64,000 nt of DNA from Dimorphilus gyrociliatus (Eukaryota > Animalia > Annelida): the NCBI GenBank assembly GCA_904063045.1, contig CAJFCJ010000007.1:2301404-2365403 (forward strand), written 5' to 3'. Positions 14,973-26,116 of the stretch are shown here, in pieces (the first letter of the stretch is position 1; each line of letters begins with the position of its first letter). The position numbers were made by a program, and so were the translations under genes. The notes beneath the pieces are model-generated. The model made no database searches, was not told the origin of the DNA, and saw only the letters and a list, made by a program, of their open reading frames with translations.

Positions 14973-17173
14973 ATGGATGATCAAGGAGCAAGATTAGCGG
15001 CTTCTGATCAGTGTTTTACAGATGCAAATTCTGCATTTTACTCTAATTTAATACCACCGGAGAATAATCTTTATAATAATTATAGTCCTCTACTCAATCA
15101 AACACCATACATTTTAAATCCATCATATTATCCGCCTCCGCAGTATTATCTAACATCGTTCTCTTCTCACTATCGAAAAATTTATGAAGATTTTGCAGCC
15201 TCGAGGACGGAATATAACACTGATTATCAATCTGACTTTTATACAAATGTTTTAAGCAGATTACCTAGTCTTCCACAGAAAAAAAGTGCTCATGAAGAAC
15301 TTTTAGATGAAGATGTTGATGTTGTCACCGTGAATACGGCCCCATGCACTCCATCTGACCTAAATCCGCCTTCACCGCCTAAACCTCCTTCCCCAACAGT
15401 GGATGTTGTAACTGTACTCACTCCAAGGCCTAATTCTACTGATATGGTTGAAAAAGAAAACACAGGCATTCAGACAGACACGCCTACCATAACACTGAAT
15501 TCGTCCACTCAAACAACCTCCATGGAACAAGGTGACAATCATCACATGAATTCCTGGGCACAAACAGACGATTGCCTCGACATGGATGCAATTATTCAAA
15601 CATGCTTAAACGACGAAAATATGGATTCGGCACTGGCTGGATTCTCACCAGCACACGCTCATGACGAACAAGATAAACTTAGTGATATATCATTTATTAA
15701 TCAAGATCAGTTATGCTCCTTCATAGCTCAACAATTCCCTCTAACCTTTGACGAAAACTCTGCTTTTGAGGATTTAGAACAGGTTAATGAATGTTCAATA
15801 GACTATTCAAAAATCCCTCACAAGAAGAAGCCCAAATTAAAATTAGCTACGTGTAAATGTAATTTTAAATGTCGAGAGAAATTAACAGAGATGGATAGAG
15901 GTAAAATATTTAGTGATTATTGGATGAAAAACTTTGAGCAGCAGCGTAAATATCTAGTCGATCATATAATAAAAGTGAAGAAGAAAAAATCAGCCTTAAC
16001 AAAAAGTGGTGAACTGAACAAAAGTCGATTATTTACTCTTGAATATTATCTCGAAAACTCAACTGGAAAAGTTAGAGTTTGCAAGAACTTTTTCCAATGT
16101 ACGTTAGATGTCGGTGAGAGAACTATATATCATAATTTGGCTAAAGCGCAGACAGGCAAAGACTTAGCTGATGGGAGAGGCAAACAGATATGCTTACCTG
16201 AACAAATAGTCGATTTGCTGAGGAATCACTTTACCTCAAAACTAGATAGTAGACCATTAAGAAATTGGACATTGAAGGATATAGATTTAGAATCCTGGTA
16301 CAAGCAATTCGAGAGTTTTTGTAGAAGTAAATGGAAAAATTGTATAGTTAGCAGTGCCGCCTACAAAAATTTCTTTCGAAACGAGTTTTCTATGATAATT
16401 GACAAGTAGATGATGTTCTTTCAATATTATCTTCTATTGTAGTAAATGACCAAAAATCGACTAATACGCTATATCATTCGTTTTCGATTAAATGTTAAGA
16501 TTTTTTAATATTTATAAAAAATACAAAGTCTAGTCTATAATATCAATTAAAATACATACCAATCGTTTGTCGTGGTGTAATTGCTGTTTATAGTACAGTT
16601 AGTTCTTTTTTGAGTATATAAGTTCGGTTATTGCGTGGCAGTATGGCTTTAAAATAGACGATAAAAAATAAAGCACTAGCCTAAATATCAAGACTTAATT
16701 ATCTTGATAAAGATTATCATCAGATCTAACTGGTTCTTGTGTCGGTCAAATGAAGAGCAAACGTAGAGTTATTGATATTGACTCATCTTGACTCATAACA
16801 TTTTGTAAAAATAGAATTCAAAGATAATCTTTATCAAATGATGCTACATTTAGCTTTTACTTTCGTCAAGTAGGCAAATATGTAACGTTTCCTATTTCAA
16901 AACATTATTACTAGTGTGTTAAATATTTTAGTGCAAAAATTAAACCCATTACGATAAAAGAGTAAAGAAATAGAATCATTAATTTGCTTTAGTTTTCTCA
17001 AAGTTTCTAATTGAAATAAGTGTTAATCAATAGATAATTATTTTGGTAACAGTAGTATGATTGATATTTATCAATAGATCAATTTTTCCATAACAAATAG
17101 CAGTTTTATTTGTCTATCGTCTTACAGCGGAAACAGTCCAGGCTCCGTCAACGATCCGGATCATCTACTATAA
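14973..17173 (+). CDS. Uncharacterised ~480-490 aa protein: low-complexity N-terminus plus Cys-containing, transposon-like C-terminal domain; probable small second exon 17128-17173
   Basis: A 478-aa open frame in AT-rich DNA, containing CKCNFKC...IFSDYW...QRKYL...YYL...VCKNFFQCTLDV. Donor at 16406 (AA|gtagat) is phase-compatible with a strong acceptor at 17127. Confidence 0.75.
16704..16837. repeat. Perfect 15-bp inverted repeat with 104-nt spacer
   Basis: TTGATAAAGATTATC (16704-16718) and GATAATCTTTATCAA (16823-16837) are exact reverse complements. Confidence 0.9.
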
Positions 17174-17506
17174 TTTGAAAACCGGATTTCCCTAGGCACT
17201 TTCTTTACTCGTATTAACAACAATAATTAATTTATTCATATATCCAAAGCTAATTTCCTTTTCTTTTATTCAAGTTCGATTACTAGTAAGTAACTTCCGG
17301 AAAAAATAATTATCAACCATTATTAAAAATGCGCTTTGTTAATGTTATAAAAGCTTTTTTTTATCTCCATATTAAAACTACAGTATAACAGATATCTGAA
17401 TACGTTAATAAATATTTTTTTATTTTAACAACATTACTTAAACAATAAATATGCAAAAAAACAAAGATGCAAAATTAAAAAGAAACCATAAAATAGCAAG
17501 TACCAA

Positions 17507-19435
17507 TTATTGATATGCATTCGCCTTGTGCTTGGGTAAAAATACGAAATTGCTTGGCACTGGACCCAGAAGCATTTCACTTAATAAAATAAAAAGGATT
17601 TTATTGGTTGTAATTGAAAAATAATATTTGCATTTTACCTTATTTTAACCCAATCTCCGCTATTGGGACTAGCCATTAAAGTTTCTAGGTCATTTCTTCC
17701 GAAATAATAAGGTGGTCTTTCATTTATTTTTTGTGGTAAAACTTCTAATAAACCAACTGGTATATATCTATATAGAAAAGACAGCCATTCCAGCATGAAG
17801 CGTCGTGTAGTTTCTACTCCTCTAATATCGGAACCCCAATGTGCAAGTCCATAATTGGTAAAATCTTTTAGCATGTCAAACCTTTCCGAAGAGGAAATAT
17901 CCCAGTGCCGACTTTCTTTAATTTCAGTAAATATCCAAGGTTTAATCAAGGCACCTCTGAAATTTTGAAATTAGCAATTAATTTACCAATTTAAAATAAA
18001 AGACTTACCTGGCTACCATGAGACTCTTTGTGTTTGCTATTTCCTTGAAATTTAAAGCATCCTCAAAAGAGAGAATATCTCCATTTCCGAACACTGCCAT
18101 ATTCTCGGCACTTTTGACGCACTCTCCAATATAGTTCCAATCAGCGGAACGTGTATAGCGTTGTTCTCTTGATCTACCATGAATAGTTACCGCTGAAACT
18201 CCATTTTTCTCCATCATAGGTATAAGTGTGTGAGCAACATTTTTACCATCACTTATTCCCGTTCTCATTTTTATCGTAAAGTCCTTACTGATCACACTTG
18301 TAACTGTTTTTGTGATAGCTTCTAGTCGGGTAGCTCTACCAATCAGTGAACATCCTTCTCCTCTCCTATAAACTAAATCAATAGGGCATCCACAGTTCAA
18401 GTCAATAAAATCACAATTAACGTGTTCATCTATTAATTGGGCACAGCGACCTACAACATCGGGAAAAGAACCACAAATTTGAACGCCAAATAGATCTTCG
18501 CTGGCGTGACGTTTTACAAGAGCCCATTCAGAGTTCTGGCCTTGAAGTAGATTAGTACATACTGCCATTTCACCGCAAGTTATATCAACGCCATAATTTT
18601 TGCAAACTCTCCTAAAGGGTAAATTTCCCACTGTAGTTAGAGGAGCAAGATAAGTCTTATCCGAGAAATCTATTTTCTTCTTTTCGGACGCTCGAATTTT
18701 CACAGCAATATCATCATTTTCTAACTCAACTTGTGGTTTTGATACTATTGTTGCATCGCAGCCATCTTCGCTTAACTTACGCTTAGCGGGTAAAGTTATC
18801 TCTTTAGTGTTTTCTTTCCTGATTTGTGCAACAACTTTGTCAGTAAGAGAAAAATCATATTTCTTTTTTCTTAAAGTAATTTGCAATTCCTTAGAAAGTA
18901 CAGTTTTCTCACTAGGCTCAACTTTCATTTCAACTTTTTTCTGTATTTCCGTTAAATCCTCATTTGTATGCTGCTTTGCAAATCTACAAGTTAGACCATA
19001 TGGACATCTCCCAAAAGTTTCAAAGTTATAGCAAGGCCCTGGTAAATCCTCAGGCTTAGTTTTCCAGTATTCAGCAGGATCATGAAGAAATCTACACTTT
19101 TCACCAAATTGGCATTCTCGTTTCTGAATTATGTTTGGACAAAGTCGGGATTTTCCCTCCTCTAAGTGTTTTTCGATAGGACGAGTTTTATTTCTTCCTT
19201 TTAACTTTTTTTTAGGCTTTTGACCTCCCTTGTCATTTCCTTCGCTAATTTCTTCTCGCATGCTCGATGGTAAGTACTGAGAAATCTTTTTAACATGGTT
19301 CCGGTCAATGTATCTGAAATGAAACTAGATAAAATTTCATGCCAACATGTGAGTAAACTTGAAGATAAATTGACCATACTCCTCCTTAATAGGTGCAAGA
19401 CCAGATGCTGTTGAACTGCCTGTCTTTGTAGCCAT
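17507..19435 (-). CDS. DUS3L: tRNA-dihydrouridine(47) synthase
   Basis: N-terminal GLAPIKEEY, two CCCH zinc fingers, [30 protein letters not shown]; terminal exon [10 protein letters not shown]. Confidence 0.97.
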
Positions 19436-19869
19436 TGAAAATAGTTCAGAAGATTATCGTTCAAGTTATAAATGAAACATGTGATATTCTTCAAACCGCG
19501 TAATTTCGCTCTTTCTTCAGATAAACTGGTGAGGAAATATTTCGCTTTTTGAACCCCTACGAGTGAATTTAGATAAAGAAAGTGTTTTGCCTTTTAAGTA
19601 AGTTACTTGTTTAAGCTTAGTTTTACTTGAACATCTAAAATATATCAAACTAAATATAAATTCTCTAACTAATTATTGCAAAAGCTTCACTTTCAAGTGA
19701 TCTTTTACAATAAATATAGCCATTTCAATAAGTCAGTGTACAATTTCGCAATAAATCACTTTCTTTAATTATAATTAATAGTATAAAAAGAATAAATCCT
19801 ATTTTAGGAATATCCATATAAACATAAGAAAGATTTTTAAAAATCTTGCTACCTAATTGGCTATTCGGA

Positions 19870-21717
19870 ATGGAAACGTTAAAAAGGGGAAATGATTCGG
19901 ACTCGGATATTGAAGAAATTGAGAGACTATCGAAAAAAACGAAAATCGAAGGCAATTCTAGAGGGCAAACTGTAGGATTCCTGGGCGTGAAAAACGTTAT
20001 AAAAAAACAGGCAATACTATTTGCCAAAAAAATGCCGAATGAAAATGAAAAGAAAATTAAATATGAAGCTGAACATACAAGAACAAGAACCTTTAAGACG
20101 AACAATAATACTGATAAAAAAGAAAATGCTGAAGATTCTTTGCTTCTCTTATCTGAGAGGCTGAGACCAAAGAAAATATCAGATATTATTGGTCAGGATG
20201 ATATCTTGGGAGAAAATTCTTTAATACCAACACTTTTGAAGGGTATGACAATTCCTTCTATAATATTTTGGGGTCCTCCAGGCTGCGGAAAGGTTCGTTA
20301 CCGTGGGTTGTATATATTAACAATTTGATTGTCTAAACATTTATTATTTGATTAGACTACGTTGTCTCGTATATTGATTGATCATGCGAAAGGTTCAGGC
20401 AATTGTCGCACTGCTCAACTCTCAGCAGCCTCTTGTAACATTTCAGATATTAAGGGAGTAATTAAGTTAGCGAGAAATGATTGGGCATTTTCAAAGAGAA
20501 AAACTTTATTGTTTGTAGATGAAATTCATAGACTAAACAAACTACAACAAGTTCGTTTAAAAATATAATTCGTTAAATATAATAAATGAAAATAATTCGA
20601 CATCTTTCTAGGATGCTTTTTTGGCTTCTGATTTTGAGAGTGGAGTTATTATCTTAGTTGGTGCTACAACCCAAAATCCATCATTTTATCTTAATAATGC
20701 ATTATTAAGTCGCTGTAAAGTGATAACTTTAAATACATTGTCTATAGATAACATGATATCATTGCTAAAGAAGGCATGTTCAAAGTTAAACCTTCGCTTG
20801 GAAAATGAGTGTATGGAGGAAAATAATGAACAATCAAAAATTCAAATAACAGACAAAGCTCTAAAGTTAGTTGCAATTTATAGTGATGGCGATGCTCGAA
20901 CTGCTCTAAATAATCTGGAATGTTTAAGTAAATGCATAATGGAGAAACACAAAGATCTTATAGATGACCAATTCGTAAAGGATTATCTATCTGTTAAAAA
21001 AGTAACCTATGATAGAAACGGTAAAAATTTGTCTTCTAAGCTTTATTTACTATCATTGCGAATGTCTGTTCTTTTTTTTGGAAGGTGAGGAACACTACAA
21101 CTGCATATCAGCTTTCCAAAAATCAATAAGAGGATCGGATGATAACGCAACAATTTATTGGCTTACTAGAATGCTTGAAGGTGGAGAAGATCCGCTGTTC
21201 ATAGCGCGAAGAATGGTTGTAATAGCAAGTGAAGATGTTGGTTTAGCAGATGCGAATGCTCTACCACTGGCTGTAAGCGCTCTACAAGCTTGCCAAGCCA
21301 TCGGTCTTCCAGAATGTTCAGTTTGGTATTTTACAAAATACAGTATATTATATCTAATTAAAACAACTATATTTCTAGATAAATTTAGCCCACTGCGCAA
21401 CTTACTTAGCAAGAGCTAGAAAGAGTGTTGAAAGTTACATGGCTTATAAACAAGCCCAACTCCTTATAACTGAGCGTGATGACTTACTTCCAGCCGTTCC
21501 GTTGCATCTACGAAATGCGTCAACGCAACTAATGAAAGATCTTGGTAAATTAATTATATAAAATAATATTTGAATAAGACTTTTTATTATTTTCATTCAT
21601 ATGAATATAGGCTACGGTAAAGGATATACTTATTTCTCCGGTGAAGATCCCCAAGGTAGCAAGCAGACTTATTTACCTCCGGAGTTGCAAGATGTTAATT
21701 TCTTCAAGAAAAACTAG
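19870..21717 (+). CDS. WRNIP1: Werner helicase-interacting protein 1 (MgsA/RarA AAA+ ATPase)
   Basis: ERLRPK, Walker A GPPGCGK|[53 protein letters not shown]. Confidence 0.96.
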
Positions 21718-21847
21718 TATCTAAAGTTTATTGATGATATTTTATTTTTATGTTTTTACTCTATTTTTTTTATATGCAAAATTAGAAGTAAATCTTCTCA
21801 ATCTAGAAAAAAATGTCTATTTAATTTCAAGTGATTCAAAGAGAGTT

Positions 21848-22069
21848 TTAGGGAAAACATCTAGTATCTAACTCTCTGTCATATTTTAGATAACGTCTCT
21901 GTAAACATTCAATAATGTATCTTGTCAATTGACTAATTATTGATGCAGTTAGTGATACCATAACATGTGTACCGACATTCTTTAGAAAAGCAGAACGATA
22001 TATTTTATTTCTCTCAAGCTTTGCACCATCATTTCGTTGTTTACTGCGAGATCTTTGTCTTTTTGCCAT
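21848..22069 (-). CDS. Putative 73-aa basic protein with weak histone H2A-like pattern
   Basis: ATG in good context (AAAATGG); basic N-terminus; VG....V.L.A.....LT..I.E and TR..P patterns. Occupies its own intergenic slot between WRNIP1 and CRCP. Confidence 0.4.
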   Translation of the reverse strand: MAKRQRSRSKQRNDGAKLERNKIYRSAFLKNVGTHVMVSLTASIISQLTRYIIECLQRRYLKYDRELDTRCFP

Positions 22070-22286
22070 TTTTTCTTTCTTACAAAACTAAAATCTTGAT
22101 TTATATGAAATTTCGAATTTTAAAAACTCTCTAACTATCATTATTTATTAATTTACTTAAAATCCTATTGCTAAAAATAAAATGACGATATTAAAAGGAT
22201 AAGAGATAATTCAAAATTGATATAAAAAAAAGGGAATTTTAGGACGACAGCGAAGTTTTTCTATAATATACAGTATGTTAATTTCT

Positions 22287-22744
22287 TTAACTGGACTCTT
22301 GATCATTTGTTGTAAGGCAAGTTTGAACAATTTGTAATAGTTTCTCAATATCATCCTCACTTAGTCTTTCTTCGCATTCTTCGACTAGAAGCTGAATTTC
22401 GACTTGCGTGGTTGGTCTAAGATTAAGAATTTGAAGTTTCTCTGCTTTAGTAAGGTTGAAGGGTTCTATTTTCTGTTGATTGAGATTAGAAATGTTTAAT
22501 TGAGAAATTCTACTTGCTTGTTACATTACTTTAGTACCTGCATAAAGTTTTCTATAATTTCCACTGACTGAGATACGGCTGGAGTTTGTTCCAAAAATTT
22601 GACTGTTGAATAACAAACTGTTGCTAGATTTTGTTGATTTCTACCAGGTTTTCTTTGGTCATTTGTGCCATTTTGAATGTCTCGAAGATGACTTAATACT
22701 TCATGATTACTTAATAATGCGTGAGTTTTTTCCACAACCTCCAT
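22287..22744 (-). CDS. CRCP: RNA polymerase III subunit RPC9 / CGRP receptor component
   Basis: [15 protein letters not shown]; exon 2 [33 protein letters not shown]. Confidence 0.95.
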
Positions 22745-23681
22745 CAGGATATTTTCTTCGTTTCTTTCCTTGTAGAAATGTTTTGAAAATTTTGTATTAC
22801 ATTCAATAAATCAAATTTTTTAAGTTTATAAAAATCTCATATTTTGATAATAATGTTTTAGAATCTAGTTTAACAATATTCGCTATTAGGAATAGAAGAT
22901 CGATTATAATTAAGCCTCAAATAAGTTATGATGAAGAAAAAGATTTTATAATTACTTTTTTTTAACAGACAAATGCTAAAATACTTCCGATTTGCCAGTG
23001 TATTACACTATTTCTTACAGTTGTGAAGGTCTGAATCGAGTTAACGGGAAAATAATATTCCAGCATTAGTACGGTGTCCATAATTTACTTTTTAGAATGC
23101 TTGAATTTATTAAATAAACTAACATATTGCTACTGGCAGGCATGGTAACGAAATTTACAAATATATAGTAAAAAAAGTGAAAAACTTTTCGTCTTTGTCA
23201 TATAGTAGATCAGTATTTAATTGATTGTGTATATAACATTGTATAGTTAATTTTGATTAGGAAAGAGGCAAGGGAAGTATTCACGAAAGTGGATTGCAAA
23301 GTACCTGAGAAATGTAATATACTAAAAACGTGAAAAGATACCACAATAACTTTGTGAAAAAAGTATAATAGAGTACCCAAACAAAACTTAAATTTTCTAT
23401 ATATCTAAATTTCAATCCTAGCTAATGCGATTGTTTATTCATACTTCAGTTTTTAATTACGACTTCTTATAAGCTTAGTAAGAAGTCATTGGTCATTATT
23501 TTAAAAAATTCTTACATTAAACGAAGGCTTGTTCATAAAATTTAAAAGTCGACAAAACTGATTGAATGCGCGTTTTCGTATAAAAATAAAGTCGGCGTAA
23601 AAAATTAATATCAATATCGTTCTATCGTATTTATTAGAAAAATAATGTTGCTTATATCAAAAATTTTTGGAACAAATAAAT

Positions 23682-23803
23682 GCCGACTTATTCTGTTTCC
23701 GGCCCAAGATACTTCCTTTTACCTCCACGAGGCAACCAAGAGACATCAGAATCCTAAGGCTCACCGCTTTTCGGATTGAATAAGTCGGCCAGGAAATACA
23801 ATG
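23682..23803 (+). promoter_or_regulatory. RPS20 promoter/5' leader: TTTCCGG (ETS-like) site, TOP-like pyrimidine tract, hairpin element and 12-bp inverted repeat
   Basis: CTTCCTTTT tract near 23713. GCCGACTTATTC (23682-23693) and GAATAAGTCGGC (23778-23789) are exact reverse complements. ATG|gttagt at 23801-23803. Confidence 0.75.
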
Positions 23804-24310
23804 GTTAGTATGACAATTCCTAAAAGATTAAATATTAAATTGATGTATTTATTTTTTTTAAAAATTTCGTTGCATTATCATAAACTTTAATCAAAAAAAA
23901 TTTCAGGATAAACCACAAAAGACATCAACTGAAGAGGCTCCGGTCCATCGTATCCGTATTACTTTGACCAGCAAAAATGTTAAAAGCTTGGAAAAAGGTA
24001 ATTTTATATTATAATTATTGAAAAATATACATATTTTAATTCTCTTATAGTATGCGGTGATTTGATCAAGAGCGCCAAGGATAAGAAGTTGAAAGTTAAG
24101 GGACCGGTTAGACTCCCCACTAAAGTTCTCCGTATCACCACGAGAAAAACTCCTTGCGGTGAAGGTTCTAAGACCTGGGATCGCTTCCAGATGAGAATCC
24201 ACAAGCGTCTCATTGATTTACATAGCTCCTCTGAGGTTGTTAAACAAATCACTTCAATCCCAATTGAACCCGGAGTTGAAGTTGAGGTTACCATTGCTGA
24301 TGCTTCATAA
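23801..24310 (+). CDS. RPS20: 40S ribosomal protein S20 (uS10); exons 23801-23803, 23907-23997, 24051-24310
   Basis: [19 protein letters not shown]...[43 protein letters not shown]. Confidence 0.99.
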
Positions 24311-24929
24311 GATATTAATACAATTCCTCATCTGAAGAAAAATTAATCTTGTGCTCTCTTCTATTGTATTTTTCCACCATACTATAGCGTTCACTAATTT
24401 ACGTAACTCCTAGGATGAGATATTACCCTCTACTGATTCGAAAGATTATGATTAATAGAAATATTTTAAATTGGAAGGCACTCTTATGAAATTATTGCCT
24501 GTGACAAACAGATTAAACATCATAATGTAACATCTAGACAAACCCTAAACAAAATTCCTTTTTAAGCTAGCCCAATGTTACTAACTTCGAGTTTGAAGAC
24601 GTAATGAGTTTTTTGCAAATACCACGACAAAAGAATTCAAAATATAGTAACATGAATTTGTTGTTTAAAGTTGACTAGGCACAAATAATAAAACTTTTGA
24701 AAATATGCTACTAGTAGTTTGGATTAGAGGGTTCCCTGATCCGCTCTCTCGTTGAACGATTAGTTTTCTCACTATGACTATAGAAGTACCAGCCTATTCC
24801 ATGAGATTTACTACGAAAGTTACTAGAGGTCAAGGTTGGGTGAATAAATCGGACTCACACCGAGACTTATAGCGTTATATTGAGCATAAAAAATTGTAAT
24901 TTTTTTTAGTTTTTTTATAAGATCACGTG

Positions 24930-26115
24930 ATGACGGAACCTCCTTCAAAAGTGATTAAGATGTCGTCGAGTTTGGATCAGCTGAAACAACTAACAACCGT
25001 TGTCGCCGACACGGGAGACTTTGAAGGTATTTATTTGCCAATCATGATTCCTATTAGTGAACCTTTATATGACAAAAGCAATACTTTTCAGCTATGAAAA
25101 AGTATAAGCCGACGGATGCAACGACGAATCCGTCACTTCTTTTGGCAGCTTCCAAAATGCCTCAATACGCTAAAATGATTCCAGAAGCTATAGCTTACGC
25201 TAAACAGAAAGCAAAGTAAGACTAAAACGAGCGATATATGATGATTGTCATGACAAAGCATTTTCTTTCATTACAGATCTGCGGAAGACCGTTTGGAATT
25301 GGCAATGGATAGGCTATATGTTTTATTCGGATGCGAAATTTTAAAAATTGTTCCAGGAAGGGTTTCAACCGAGGTCGATGCTCGCCTTTCCTTTGATACT
25401 GATTCTATGGTATCTAAAGCTCGTCGTTTCATCGAAATGTATGAAGAATGTGGAATTAGTAAGGAAAGAGTACTCATCAAACTAACCTCCTCTTGGGAGG
25501 GAATTCAGGCTGGGAAGATTTTAGAGCAACAATACGGAATTCATTGCAACATGACGCTATTGTTTAACTTCTATCAAGTTAGTATCTCATTAATTTGTGT
25601 AACAGCAGGGTAGTGAAAATATTGTACAAAATTTTTTAATTCAGGCTGTGGCTTGTGCGGAAGCCGGTGTTACCCTTATTTCACCATTTGTTGGAAGAAT
25701 TCTAGACTGGTATGTAGCTCATACAGATAAAAAATCCTATGAGCCAAATGAAGATCCAGGAGTTATAAGTGTAACAAAAATTTACAACTACTATAAGAAA
25801 TTTGGCTATAAAACAGTTGTAATGGGAGCTTCGTTCCGTAATACAGGAGAAATTACAGCCTTAGCCGGCTGCGATTTACTCACAATATCGCCAGCTCTTC
25901 TAGAAAAACTCGATGGTTCTTCCGAAGAAGTTAAAGAACAATTGTCTGTTCAATTAGCACGTAAATCTGATTATGATCGCGTTGAACTGACTGAAAAGAG
26001 ATTCAGGTGGGAAATGAACGAAGATTCTATGGCAAACGACAAATTGAGTGAAGGTATCAGGAAATTTGCTGCCGATAGTGTAAAACTAGAGCAGATTATT
26101 GAACAGCAAATGTAG
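24930..26115 (+). CDS. TALDO1: Transaldolase
   Basis: [68 protein letters not shown]. Confidence 0.98.
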
Positions 26116-26116
26116 T

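Noticed and set aside
17120-17210. snRNA-like GC island with an AATTTG Sm-like site
   Set aside because: No match to U-snRNA motifs I know. A strong acceptor plus a short open frame fit a terminal coding exon better.
14400-17500. Intact DNA transposon around the 14973 ORF
   Set aside because: No terminal inverted repeats or target-site duplication bracket the ORF, and no DDE-type catalytic region was recognised.
23682-23800. H/ACA snoRNA (terminal stem plus ACA three nt before the end)
   Set aside because: The ACA is directly followed by ATG|gttagt, the RPS20 start and donor. There is no two-hairpin/H-box layout, so it is better explained as the RPS20 leader.
24330-24880. Possible minus-strand spliced gene between RPS20 and TALDO1
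   Set aside because: Exon-like fragments exist, but the phases I tried gave stop codons and no valid start. At most a non-coding divergent transcript.
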